DNA of 64,000 bases. Origin: an uncultured Bacteroidales bacterium. GTDB taxonomy: Bacteria; Bacteroidota; Bacteroidia; Bacteroidales; CAIWKO01. Location of the stretch: assembly GCA_964626855.1 (NCBI GenBank), contig CAZVKJ010000013.1, positions 5,482 through 69,481 on the forward strand, read 5' to 3'. The notes beneath the pieces were generated by a model. That model saw nothing but the letters and a program-made list of their open reading frames with translations. It was not told where the DNA came from and searched no databases. Shown one piece after another: positions 49,755 through 59,790 of this stretch (its first letter is position 1; each line of letters begins with the position of its first letter). Position numbers and translations under genes: made by a program.

Positions 49755-50885
49755 ATGAAATTTAGAATAAAAACATCAGATCCGGCCTCATCGGCACGTA
49801 CCGGTATTATTGAGACTGATCATGGCGCTATTGAAACGCCGATTTTTATGCCTGTTGGCACAGCAGGAAGCGTTAAAGCCATTCATCAGAAAGACCTGAA
49901 AGATGATATTAATGCTGAAATAATATTGGGCAATACTTACCATTTATATTTACGTCCGGGACTTGATGTTTTACAAAATGCCGGCGGGTTGCATAATTTT
50001 AACGGATGGAACAAGCCCATACTTACCGACAGCGGAGGTTACCAGGTTTATTCCTTAAAAACCATCCGGAAAATAAAAGAAGACGGGGTGGTTTTTCAAT
50101 CGCATATTGATGGATCAAAACACATATTTACCCCTGAGAACAATGTTGACATACAACGCAGAATAGGCGCAGATATCACTATGGCATTTGACGAATGTAC
50201 GCCCTATCCTTGTGAATACAGGTATGCAAAAACGTCGATGGAAATGACTCACAAATGGCTTGCCCGTTGTGTAAAACGCTTTAACGAAACCGAACCTTTA
50301 TATGGTTACCATCAAACATTTTTCCCAATAGTTCAGGGAAGTACATTCAGGGACCTTCGTAAAATATCGGCTGAAACTGTTTCATCCTATGGACTTGAAG
50401 GTAATGCTATTGGCGGATTATCGGTTGGTGAACCCGTCGAAGAAATGTATGAAATTACAGAACTGGTATGCTCAATTCTGCCAAAAGATAAGCCCAGGTA
50501 CCTTATGGGAGTGGGCACTCCGGCAAACATCCTCGAATCCATTGCGCTCGGCGTTGACATGTTCGATTGTGTAATGCCAACCCGTAACGGCCGCAACGGA
50601 TGGTTGTTCACCAAAAACGGACGTATAAATATCCGTAACGAAAAATGGAAAAATAATTTCTCGCCCGTCGACGAAGACGGAAATTCTTTTGTTGATGTTC
50701 AATACAGCCGTGCATACCTCCGGCATCTCTTTGTCTCCAATGAAATTCTGGCTTCGATGATAGCAAGCCAGCATAATCTCGCATTTTATTTGTGGCTCGT
50801 ACGTGAAGCAAGAAAACACATTCATGAAGGAGATTTTTTGCGCTGGAAAAATGAGATGGTTCCAATTCTTGACAAAAAATTATAA
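49755..50885 (+). CDS. tgt: tRNA-guanine(34) transglycosylase
   Basis: TPIFMPVGT, NTYHL, TDSGGYQV, GGLSVGE, YLMGVG, DMFDCVMPTRNGR. Confidence 0.97.
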   Translation: MKFRIKTSDPASSARTGIIETDHGAIETPIFMPVGTAGSVKAIHQKDLKDDINAEIILGNTYHLYLRPGLDVLQNAGGLHNFNGWNKPILTDSGGYQVYSLKTIRKIKEDGVVFQSHIDGSKHIFTPENNVDIQRRIGADITMAFDECTPYPCEYRYAKTSMEMTHKWLARCVKRFNETEPLYGYHQTFFPIVQGSTFRDLRKISAETVSSYGLEGNAIGGLSVGEPVEEMYEITELVCSILPKDKPRYLMGVGTPANILESIALGVDMFDCVMPTRNGRNGWLFTKNGRINIRNEKWKNNFSPVDEDGNSFVDVQYSRAYLRHLFVSNEILASMIASQHNLAFYLWLVREARKHIHEGDFLRWKNEMVPILDKKL

Positions 50886-51188
50886 ATATCACCCTGTTTC
50901 TTTTTACCTCAATAACTCTATTCCAAAACCGGAATTTTAATTAAAAGTCTTGAATAAAACAGAGTTTTTTTTTGGTCAGTGCATTTAAAATTGTACAAAA
51001 CCGGATTTATTCTTTCTGATACATTTTCCCCCTTACGTCATTGATTTTATTTATTTCATGTTGCAATTTTACATTTGTTAAAATAAATAATATCCCCGGA
51101 TTTTTAAAATATTTTTATCTAAATATTCAAACGGCTGTTTTTTTTACTATATTGCATATCGATATTATTAAAAATTACCTTGTAAATA

Positions 51189-53192
51189 TTGGGCACTTAT
51201 AAAAAAATAGTTTTGTTTGTCATAAAAAAATATGCAAAAACGCTGTTGTTCTCCCTTTTGATAATTAATTCAATAAAAGGGTACACACAGTCGGACACTA
51301 CTGATATTTATGATTTAACGCTATCCGAATTATCAAAATTAAAAATAGCTTCTGTCTCAAAGGCTATGCAAAATATCAGTGAAATTCCTTCAACCATATA
51401 CATCATCACTTCTGCAGAGATCAGGGAAAAAGGATATTTTACTTTAGAGGAAGCGCTGTCGGACTTGCCCGGGTTTCAGTTCAGAAATACATTGGGACAA
51501 AATAGCTATGTTTTTCAACGCGGAATTCCAAATCAAAACAACCTGACTTTATTACTTATTGACGGAGTCCAGGTTAATGAGCTAAATTCAGGCGGATTTT
51601 ATGGCGGAGGCCAGTACAACCTGTCAAACGTTGACCATATAGAAGTATTATACGGGCCGGCATCAGTGACTTATGGGACCAATGCTGTATCTGGAATTAT
51701 AAACATCGTTACAAAAAATTGTTTGGAAAAAAAATTAGAACTAAATTCCTGGATTGGAAATTTCAGTACATCAGGCAGTGACTTTTCATATAGCAACGTT
51801 AATAAGAAAAAAACACTCGGTTTTTCAGTTGCCGGGATGTTTAAGAAATCAGATAAGGCTAACTTAAAAAATGATGCCGGGGATAACAACTGGACAGACC
51901 TGATGGACAATTATGAAAATGACTACACGCTTGATATGAAATCGCAGTATAAAGAATTTACATGGGGCATAAATTATATTTTAAAACAGACTTCCCTGGC
52001 TACAAATAACAAATCCATCGGGACTATTTATAAAGATTACGGAACTCAATGGAATATCCAGTTTATTAACAGCTATGGTAAATACCAAAAACAGTTTTCA
52101 AAGAAATTAAGCTTATCGGCTGTTTTATACAACCGAAACGCTACCGTGCTTAGCAACACAGTTTACAATGTGGTTGACACAGCCCAGGTTGGATACTATA
52201 GGCCAAACAACCAGATGGGACTGGAAAATGTATTAAATTATACTCCTGGTAAAATTTTCTCCTTAACAAGCGGCATAACATTAAAATTTGAACAACTTTC
52301 CAAACAAGCCTCATTTTCGCATAGTGATTCACCTGAGATCAAGCCTCCCCGGCCTTCCAACCCTGTTATGGTCAATGGCTATCTGCTGAGTGTCTTTGCC
52401 GAACCACGGCTTACTCTATTTAAAAATCTGTATATATCGGGGGGTCTACGCTACGATCAAAGCAGTGTTTATGAAGAGGTATTTACTCCCTGTGCCGGGA
52501 TAAGCTACCATTTAAAAAAACAGATTATACGAGTTTCTTATTCTGAAGCATTCCGATCTCCCCAACCCTGGGACTTCACCGATGGGCTAGGCAACCCCTC
52601 ACTGAAACCCGAAAAAATGAAATCGCTTGAACTGGCATTTTCTTTTTCAATTATTGATAAAATTAAAATTGAAGTAACCGGATATAAAAACTATCTGATT
52701 AATTCCATCTCAAAAGAAATTCTTGATACCATAGGCCACTACATATGGGCGAATAGTGGAAAAATAAACACCTATGGTTTTGAAGTATTTTTTAAGTTTG
52801 AAACTGGAAAGTTTAAGTCTGCAATAAATTATACATATACCCAAAGTGAAAATGTTCCGGGTAATTTTATTAACGAGATCAGCAAACATTGTGGAAATGC
52901 AAGTCTTACATATGCGTTCAACGATAACTTAAAAATCAACCTCCGCGCCAACTATGTAGGAAAACGGAAAAATCCAAAATTGATAACAGTATCCGATAGC
53001 TATTTTGTAGACCCGTATATTGTATTACAGGGAGCAATTTCTTTTATTAACTATAAAGGATTGACAGCCCAGATTGCCGTGAAAAATTTATTAAACGCCA
53101 AATATTATCACACATCGAACCGTGACGTTTCCCGATACCGGCAACCGCAGGTAACAATTTTTTTTACAATAGGATATTCAATATTTAAATAA
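51189..53192 (+). CDS. TonB-dependent receptor (plug + barrel, no N-terminal extension domain)
   Basis: DIYDLTLSEL...IPSTIYIITS.EI, LLLIDG, IEVLYGPASVTYGTNAVSGIINIVTK, GNPSLKPEK, KNLLN; start codon uncertain (TTG). Confidence 0.88.
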   Translation: MGTYKKIVLFVIKKYAKTLLFSLLIINSIKGYTQSDTTDIYDLTLSELSKLKIASVSKAMQNISEIPSTIYIITSAEIREKGYFTLEEALSDLPGFQFRNTLGQNSYVFQRGIPNQNNLTLLLIDGVQVNELNSGGFYGGGQYNLSNVDHIEVLYGPASVTYGTNAVSGIINIVTKNCLEKKLELNSWIGNFSTSGSDFSYSNVNKKKTLGFSVAGMFKKSDKANLKNDAGDNNWTDLMDNYENDYTLDMKSQYKEFTWGINYILKQTSLATNNKSIGTIYKDYGTQWNIQFINSYGKYQKQFSKKLSLSAVLYNRNATVLSNTVYNVVDTAQVGYYRPNNQMGLENVLNYTPGKIFSLTSGITLKFEQLSKQASFSHSDSPEIKPPRPSNPVMVNGYLLSVFAEPRLTLFKNLYISGGLRYDQSSVYEEVFTPCAGISYHLKKQIIRVSYSEAFRSPQPWDFTDGLGNPSLKPEKMKSLELAFSFSIIDKIKIEVTGYKNYLINSISKEILDTIGHYIWANSGKINTYGFEVFFKFETGKFKSAINYTYTQSENVPGNFINEISKHCGNASLTYAFNDNLKINLRANYVGKRKNPKLITVSDSYFVDPYIVLQGAISFINYKGLTAQIAVKNLLNAKYYHTSNRDVSRYRQPQVTIFFTIGYSIFK

Positions 53193-53280
53193 TTTTTTGA
53201 TTACAATTTTTCGGATAACTTATGTACATTGCAGACATTAAACCAATAAAACCCACTATAAACAATTGAATTACTTTTCG

Positions 53281-55548
53281 ATGAAGAAGTTTGTTTTTGT
53301 CGTATTTGTTTTTTTCTGCAGTTTCATTTTTTGCCATCTTAAATGTTACGCACAACAGATTCAGCGTGATATTGCCATAAGCGCTTATATATATAATTTT
53401 GCTAAAAATGTAAAATGGCAAAATGAGGAAAACATAAAGGAGTTTCACTTTTTGGTTATTGGTGATGACGAAAACATCGTTAAAGAACTTACGACATTAT
53501 CACGTAAAAAATCTCTCCGGAAAAAGCCAATATCAGTAACATCTTCCAGGGTATTTAAAGATGCCGAAGACATTCAACTAATTTTTGTCACAAAAGGGAA
53601 AGAAGAAACCCTGGAAAAAATTTTCGATAAAATCAAAGGCAAAAATACCCTGGTGATAAGCGATAGCTACAAAAACAAAGCTGTCGTCATGATAAATTTT
53701 TTCGATTCGGAAGACGGCAATCTTCTTTTTGAGATAAACCAGGCAAACATTTTAAATCAGAATATTGAAATTTTGCCCGATATGGTTTTGCTTGGCGGCT
53801 CAGTGGTAGACGTTGCGGCATTATATTTTGAAGGGCAAAAAACATTACGTGAAATTCAGAAAGAAATTGGAACACTTTACAGCAACCTTGCCATGCTTGA
53901 AAAAAACATTGATAATAAAACCAGTGAAATTTTATCAAGTAAAGACAGCCTTAATATGCAGACTCAAAAGATACGGGAGCAGCAAGTAATATCAGATGAA
54001 CAGAGGTTGTTAATAGCACAGCAAAAAAAAGAATTACAGCTTCAGATACAAAAATTATTGTTACAACAAAAAATATTTAATGTACAGTCGCAGGAATTAT
54101 TAAAGCAAAAGGCCGAACTCGAAAAAGGAACTAAAGCATTAGTAGATCAAAAAAATGAAATTTCAAAGCAAAAACTGGAAATTGGAAGGCAAAAATCCGC
54201 GATAGCATTACAAACACATTCGATTTATTTGCAAAATATGACAATGCAGCGCCAGCGATACATGTTGCTTTTGTCGGGTATTATTATAATTCTTGTTATT
54301 GTTATCTTATTCACCATATATTATGCTTACCGGAATAAAAAACGACTGAATGTGAATCTTGAAAAAAGAGTTCTTGAACGGACTTTAGATCTGAACAAAT
54401 CAAATAAGCAACTTAAAATTGAACTTTCCGAGAGAAAAATGGCCGAAAAAGCATTACTAAAATCAGAAGAACGGTTCCGCATTACACTTGATAATATGCT
54501 CGAAGGAGGCCAGATCATTGGTAAAGACTGGCGCTACATTTATGTCAATGATGCAGTAGCCATTCAGGGTAACCATTCAAAGGAAAGCCTGATCGGCCGC
54601 ACCATGATGGAAGTTTATCCCGGCATTGAAAATACAGAATTGTTTTCCGTGTTAAAAAAATGCCTGAATGAACAAACATCTGAACATTTGATCAACGAAT
54701 TCAAGTACGGAGATGGAACATCTGCGTGGTTTGAACTAAGTATCCAACCGGTTCCTGAAGGGCTATTTATTCTATCATTTGATATCACAGAACGAAAATT
54801 CATTGAAGACAAAATCAACAAACTTAATGAAGAACTTGAAGAAAAAGTTAACCTGCGTACTGTTCAGCTTGAAAATGCAAATAAAGAACTTGAAGCTTTT
54901 GCTTATTCTGTTTCGCATGACCTGAGAGCACCATTGCGGGCGATAAATGGATTTACGAAAATATTAACGGAAGATTATTCTGACAAGATTGATGAGGAGG
55001 GCCAGCGGGTATGCGGTATCATTCAAAGTGAAGCCATCCGGATGGGACAGCTTATTGATGATTTGCTCGCATTTTCGAGACTTAGCCGATCATCATTGAA
55101 TCTGACAGCAACCGACATGAAAGATATTGTTAAATCCGTTTATAAGGAGGTGCACGAACAATACTCCGGCCACAAAATCAAAATTCATATTGCCAATCTC
55201 TGCGCGGCCAATTCTGACCCAAGCCTGATCAGGCAGGTATGGGTTAATTTAATATCAAATGCATTAAAATTTTCGTCTAAAAAAGAAATTATAGAAATCA
55301 ATATTGGTTGCTATGAAAATCCAGATGAATTTGTTTATTTTGTAAAAGATAACGGTGCCGGTTTTGATATGCAATACGCACATAAACTATTCGGTGTTTT
55401 TCAAAGGCTTCACGGCAATAATGAATTCTATGGAACAGGTGTGGGATTAGCCATTGTGCAGCGTATTATTTCAAGACACGGTGGCCGTGTTTGGGCCGAG
55501 GGAGAAATTGATAAAGGTGCAACTTTTTATTTTTCATTACCTAAATAA
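53281..55548 (+). CDS. YfiR/HmsC (DUF4154)-domain sensor histidine kinase: YfiR, long coiled coil, TM, PAS, HisKA, HATPase
   Basis: AYIYNFAKNVKW and MINF...LFEINQ YfiR motifs; TM RYMLLLSGII...IYYAY; LEAFAYSVSHDLRAPLR; DNGAGF; GTGVGL. Confidence 0.88.
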   Translation: MKKFVFVVFVFFCSFIFCHLKCYAQQIQRDIAISAYIYNFAKNVKWQNEENIKEFHFLVIGDDENIVKELTTLSRKKSLRKKPISVTSSRVFKDAEDIQLIFVTKGKEETLEKIFDKIKGKNTLVISDSYKNKAVVMINFFDSEDGNLLFEINQANILNQNIEILPDMVLLGGSVVDVAALYFEGQKTLREIQKEIGTLYSNLAMLEKNIDNKTSEILSSKDSLNMQTQKIREQQVISDEQRLLIAQQKKELQLQIQKLLLQQKIFNVQSQELLKQKAELEKGTKALVDQKNEISKQKLEIGRQKSAIALQTHSIYLQNMTMQRQRYMLLLSGIIIILVIVILFTIYYAYRNKKRLNVNLEKRVLERTLDLNKSNKQLKIELSERKMAEKALLKSEERFRITLDNMLEGGQIIGKDWRYIYVNDAVAIQGNHSKESLIGRTMMEVYPGIENTELFSVLKKCLNEQTSEHLINEFKYGDGTSAWFELSIQPVPEGLFILSFDITERKFIEDKINKLNEELEEKVNLRTVQLENANKELEAFAYSVSHDLRAPLRAINGFTKILTEDYSDKIDEEGQRVCGIIQSEAIRMGQLIDDLLAFSRLSRSSLNLTATDMKDIVKSVYKEVHEQYSGHKIKIHIANLCAANSDPSLIRQVWVNLISNALKFSSKKEIIEINIGCYENPDEFVYFVKDNGAGFDMQYAHKLFGVFQRLHGNNEFYGTGVGLAIVQRIISRHGGRVWAEGEIDKGATFYFSLPK

Positions 55549-55554
55549 TAAATT

Positions 55555-55998
55555 ATGTACAAAAATATTGTTGATATTTTGCTTATTGAAGACAATGACA
55601 ATGATTCTGAACTAACGATCCGCACTCTTAAAAAACACCATATAGCTAATAGTATATATGTTGTTAAGGATGGTGAAGAAGCAATAAATTATCTATACGG
55701 GAAAGGAAGTTTTTCCGGAATTAAAATACAATTACCGAAGGTCATCCTGCTCGATATAAAACTCCCAAAAATCAATGGCCTGGAAGTTTTAAAAACCATT
55801 AAACAGGATGAAAAACTGAAAGGCATTCCCGTTGTAATGCTTACCTCATCAAGCCAGGATCCCGATATAAAAACAGCTTATGCTTTAGGGGCCAACAGCT
55901 ATGTGGTCAAGCCTGTAAATATTGACAATTTTACCGCTACAATTAATAATCTTGGTATGTATTGGCTGGTTGTCAACCAACCACCTAAATTAGATTAA
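55555..55998 (+). CDS. Single-domain response regulator (Rcp1-like)
   Basis: ILLIEDN, ILLDIKLPKING, MLTSS, AYALGANSYVVKPV. Confidence 0.92.
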   Translation: MYKNIVDILLIEDNDNDSELTIRTLKKHHIANSIYVVKDGEEAINYLYGKGSFSGIKIQLPKVILLDIKLPKINGLEVLKTIKQDEKLKGIPVVMLTSSSQDPDIKTAYALGANSYVVKPVNIDNFTATINNLGMYWLVVNQPPKLD

Positions 55999-56007
55999 AA
56001 AAAAAAT

Positions 56008-59000
56008 ATGAACCCTTACAATAAAATCTTAATCGTTGAAGATAATTTATCTGATGCAGAACTTGCAAAAAGAGAAATCCGGAAAGTATTGCCATCAGCT
56101 GAATTTGCCATAGTATTCACCAGAGAATCCTTTATTGAATCGCTGAAAACTTTTCAGCCTGACATCATCGTTTCTGATTTCAGTATGCCCAACTTTGACG
56201 GGATGGCGGTAATTACCATTGCTAAAGAAACGGCGCCCCTGGTTCCTGTAATAATTTACACGGGATCATTAAATGAAGAAACGGCGGCAGAAACAGTAAA
56301 AGTTGGCGCTGTTGATTATGTCTTAAAAGACAATACCGTCAGGCTTCGGCAAGCCATTCTTCAGGCTATTGAAAAAAAGCAGTTATGGCATGAACGGCTT
56401 GCTGCTCAAGAAAAATTAAAAGCAAGCGAAGAACGCTTCAGGATACTTTTTGAACAGGCTGCCGATGGTATTATGCAGATTGATACTAAGGGCAGGATTA
56501 TCGGGGCTAACACCAGTGCCGCAGAAATTACCGGATTCAATAATGAAGAATTATTAAAGAAGAACATTTCAGAACTTTATGATGCCGAATCATTAAAAAA
56601 TGATCCTATCAGGTATGATTTGCTGAATAATGGAGCAGTACTCTTCAAAGAACGAACCGTTATCCGAAAGGATGGCACCGCCTGTGAAGTTGAAATGCAC
56701 TCTAAAATTCTTCCGGATAAAACCTACCAGACAATTTTCAGGGATGTCACACGCAGAAAAAAAGCCGAAAAAAAATTAAGAGAAAGTGAAGAACGCTTAA
56801 GCACCCTGATCCAGTTACTGCCTGTGGGAATAGCTATTCACAGTGAAGGCAAAATTGTTTTTGCCAATAAAGCTGCAGAAAAAATTATGGAAACCCCTCC
56901 TGAAATGGAAATGGTCGGGCTGAGCATTTATAATTTTATTCATAAGGATTACAGAGAAATCGCCCTTCAAAGAATCAGGCAAATCATGTCGGAAAACAAA
57001 CAATCTGTACAGATTGAAGAAATTTTTGTAACACATACAGGCCGGCCTATTTCTGTTGAGGTTACTACCCTGCCAATGCCCTACCGGGGAATACCTGCCC
57101 TGCTTACTGTTTTTAATGATATTACCGCCCGAAAAGAAGCCGAAGTGCTCTTAAAAGAGTCCGAAGCCAAGTACAGGATGATCTTTGAAAATACAGGAAC
57201 AGCCTCGGTGATTATTGAAGAAGACAAAACGATTTCTTTAGTCAATTCAAAGTTTTTAGAGCTTTCAGGATTACCAAAAAAGGAAGTGGAAAACAAAAGA
57301 AAATGGACAGATTTTGTTATTCAGGAAGATCTGGACATGATGGTCAAAATGCATGACCTTAGAAGAAAAGACCCGTCACAAGCCGCGAGATCTTATGAAT
57401 TCAGATTTATTGACAGCAAGAAAGAGATAAAAAATGTATTACTTTTTATTGATATGGTTCCGGGGACACAGAAAAGCCTGGCCTCCCTGCTCGATTTTAC
57501 CGACCGCAAAAAAGCTGAAGAAGAACTTGAGAAAAACCGTCTGATGCTGCGAAGCATGATTGATTCTATGCCCATGTGGATCTGTGCCGTGGATAAAGAC
57601 ATCAAATATATTATTGCCAATCAACATTATTCAACAACATTCCAAATACCTCTTGATAAAATTGAAAATCATTTTGCACATGAAATTTTTCCCGAACCTC
57701 ACTTTGAACTCCATAAAAATCTAATCAACGAATGCCTTAAAACAGGAAAAACTATTGAATTTTACGACAATATCGAATTTGAAAAAGGAATAATAACAAA
57801 CACCTACGGTAATTATAACCCTTTTTATGATCATCTGGGAAATATCATGGGTGTTACAGGAGCTGCCATTGATATTACCAGGCAAAAGCAAGCCGAAGAA
57901 GAAGTCAGAAATAGCAGGTTGTTATTGAGAACCATGATCGACTCACTTCCAATGTGGCTCTCAGCCCTTGATGTTAATGGCAATTATTTTATTGCAAATA
58001 AATATTATGAAGAAACTTTTAAAATTTCTCTTGACCTGGTGGAGAATCATAATTTCAAAGAATTTTTCCCTGAAAAGCAATATATTGTTCATAAATCCCT
58101 GTTTGATAAGTGTGTTACATCAGGCAAACCCGTTGAAGTTATAGATGAGTTTGAATTTGAAAAAGAAAATATAATGCATATTTTTGGCAGCTATACACCT
58201 TTGTATGATCCGTCGGGTAAAATGTTCGGTGTTAGTGCAGCCATTATTGATGTAAGTAAGCAAAAACAAGCAGAAAATTTACTTAAAGAAAGTGAAAAAC
58301 AATTCCGCACAACTTTTGAAAATGCTCCGATCGGCATGTGCCTCAGTTTTGTTTCAGGGAAATTTATCCAGGTAAATCAGGCTTTTTGTGAGATGCTTGG
58401 TTATTCACAGGAAGAATTGTTAGCAATGAATTTCCTTGATTTTACGCATCCTGATGACATGGAATTCAGTAAGGAATTTATCAAAAATATTATTCATAAA
58501 AAAAATCAAAATTCATCCGTCGAAAAAAGATATGTCAAAAAAGACGGCTCCATAATTTGGGCAATAACCTCTGCTTCACTGTTAAGAGATATAAATAATG
58601 AGCCAAGATTTTTTATTGTACAAGTAGTTAATATTACTGAACAAAAACTGGCAGAACAAAAACTTCAGGAGGCAAAACACCAACTCGAAGTGGTTTTTGA
58701 CAATGGCCCTGATGCCATCTTATTAACCCGTATTGAAGACGGTTTTTACATTGATTCAAATAAGACGTTCACCAAATATACCGGTTATACTCCGGAAGAT
58801 TTAAGGGGAAAATCGACACTCGACATTGACATTTGGGATAATCCCAAAGACAGGGATATACTTTTGCATGAAGTAAAAACCAAAGGATTCTGCCATAATC
58901 TTCAGCTTTTAGTTAAAAACAAAGATGGGTCGTTACGCGATATTGAAATGTCCACAGAAGTTATTTTCTTAAAAGGCATTCCATGCCTGCTCAGTATTTC

Positions 59001-59790
59001 AAGAGACATTGCTGAACGGAAAAAAATGGAAGCTTTGCTGCTAAAGCAGAATAAGGAACTTCACGAACTAAACGCCACTAAAGACAGGTTTTTCTCAATA
59101 ATTGCACATGATTTAAAGGATCCTCATAATGCCATCCTTGGCTTTTCGGATATTCTTAATGGCAGCTATGATATACTTTCCGAACAGGACAAAAAAAATT
59201 ATATAAAAAATATTTATCTTTCATCCCAGTCACTTGCCCGCCTGCTGCAAAATTTACTTGAATGGGCAAATTCACAGACCGGTAAAATGGCTTATCAGCC
59301 CGAACAGTTGGATATTGTAAAAATCATAAAAGAAACCATTGATATATTACAATACCAGGCTAAGATAAAACAAATAAGGTTGATTTCCGACACCGAGCCG
59401 TCACTCATGGTATTTGCAGATGCCAATATGACTAAAACCGTATTACGTAATCTTGTTTCAAACGCAATAAAATTCACACACCGCAACGGTTTTGTAAAAA
59501 TCTCTTCTCTTATTGTAAAAAACAAGAAAGCTCATACAACTTACATTGAAATTTCCGTGACGGACAATGGCGTTGGCATCAGTAAAGAAAATCTTGATAA
59601 ATTATTCAAACTCGATTACAAAATAAAAACCCAGGGTACCGAAGACGAAATGGGCAGCGGTCTTGGCCTTATACTTTGCAAAGAACTTGTTGAAAAAAAC
59701 AAAGGATATATGAATATCACCAGTGAGGAAAACTCCGGCAGCACCGTAACCTTTGCCTTACCTGAAAAAATTTTGAACCATGAGGTATAA
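56008..59790 (+). CDS. Cytoplasmic hybrid histidine kinase: REC, 7 PAS, HisKA, HATPase
   Basis: N-terminal REC (IVSDFSMP); seven PAS/PAC units ending in DIT..K-type motifs; IAHDLKDP; NLVSNAIKF; DNGVG; GSGLGL. Confidence 0.92.
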   Translation: MNPYNKILIVEDNLSDAELAKREIRKVLPSAEFAIVFTRESFIESLKTFQPDIIVSDFSMPNFDGMAVITIAKETAPLVPVIIYTGSLNEETAAETVKVGAVDYVLKDNTVRLRQAILQAIEKKQLWHERLAAQEKLKASEERFRILFEQAADGIMQIDTKGRIIGANTSAAEITGFNNEELLKKNISELYDAESLKNDPIRYDLLNNGAVLFKERTVIRKDGTACEVEMHSKILPDKTYQTIFRDVTRRKKAEKKLRESEERLSTLIQLLPVGIAIHSEGKIVFANKAAEKIMETPPEMEMVGLSIYNFIHKDYREIALQRIRQIMSENKQSVQIEEIFVTHTGRPISVEVTTLPMPYRGIPALLTVFNDITARKEAEVLLKESEAKYRMIFENTGTASVIIEEDKTISLVNSKFLELSGLPKKEVENKRKWTDFVIQEDLDMMVKMHDLRRKDPSQAARSYEFRFIDSKKEIKNVLLFIDMVPGTQKSLASLLDFTDRKKAEEELEKNRLMLRSMIDSMPMWICAVDKDIKYIIANQHYSTTFQIPLDKIENHFAHEIFPEPHFELHKNLINECLKTGKTIEFYDNIEFEKGIITNTYGNYNPFYDHLGNIMGVTGAAIDITRQKQAEEEVRNSRLLLRTMIDSLPMWLSALDVNGNYFIANKYYEETFKISLDLVENHNFKEFFPEKQYIVHKSLFDKCVTSGKPVEVIDEFEFEKENIMHIFGSYTPLYDPSGKMFGVSAAIIDVSKQKQAENLLKESEKQFRTTFENAPIGMCLSFVSGKFIQVNQAFCEMLGYSQEELLAMNFLDFTHPDDMEFSKEFIKNIIHKKNQNSSVEKRYVKKDGSIIWAITSASLLRDINNEPRFFIVQVVNITEQKLAEQKLQEAKHQLEVVFDNGPDAILLTRIEDGFYIDSNKTFTKYTGYTPEDLRGKSTLDIDIWDNPKDRDILLHEVKTKGFCHNLQLLVKNKDGSLRDIEMSTEVIFLKGIPCLLSISRDIAERKKMEALLLKQNKELHELNATKDRFFSIIAHDLKDPHNAILGFSDILNGSYDILSEQDKKNYIKNIYLSSQSLARLLQNLLEWANSQTGKMAYQPEQLDIVKIIKETIDILQYQAKIKQIRLISDTEPSLMVFADANMTKTVLRNLVSNAIKFTHRNGFVKISSLIVKNKKAHTTYIEISVTDNGVGISKENLDKLFKLDYKIKTQGTEDEMGSGLGLILCKELVEKNKGYMNITSEENSGSTVTFALPEKILNHEV

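Noticed and set aside
42304..50885. Cluster of translation genes as a special system
   Set aside because: Ordinary housekeeping genes (rpmH, rplU-rpmA-serS, rsmA, tgt) in an unremarkable arrangement.
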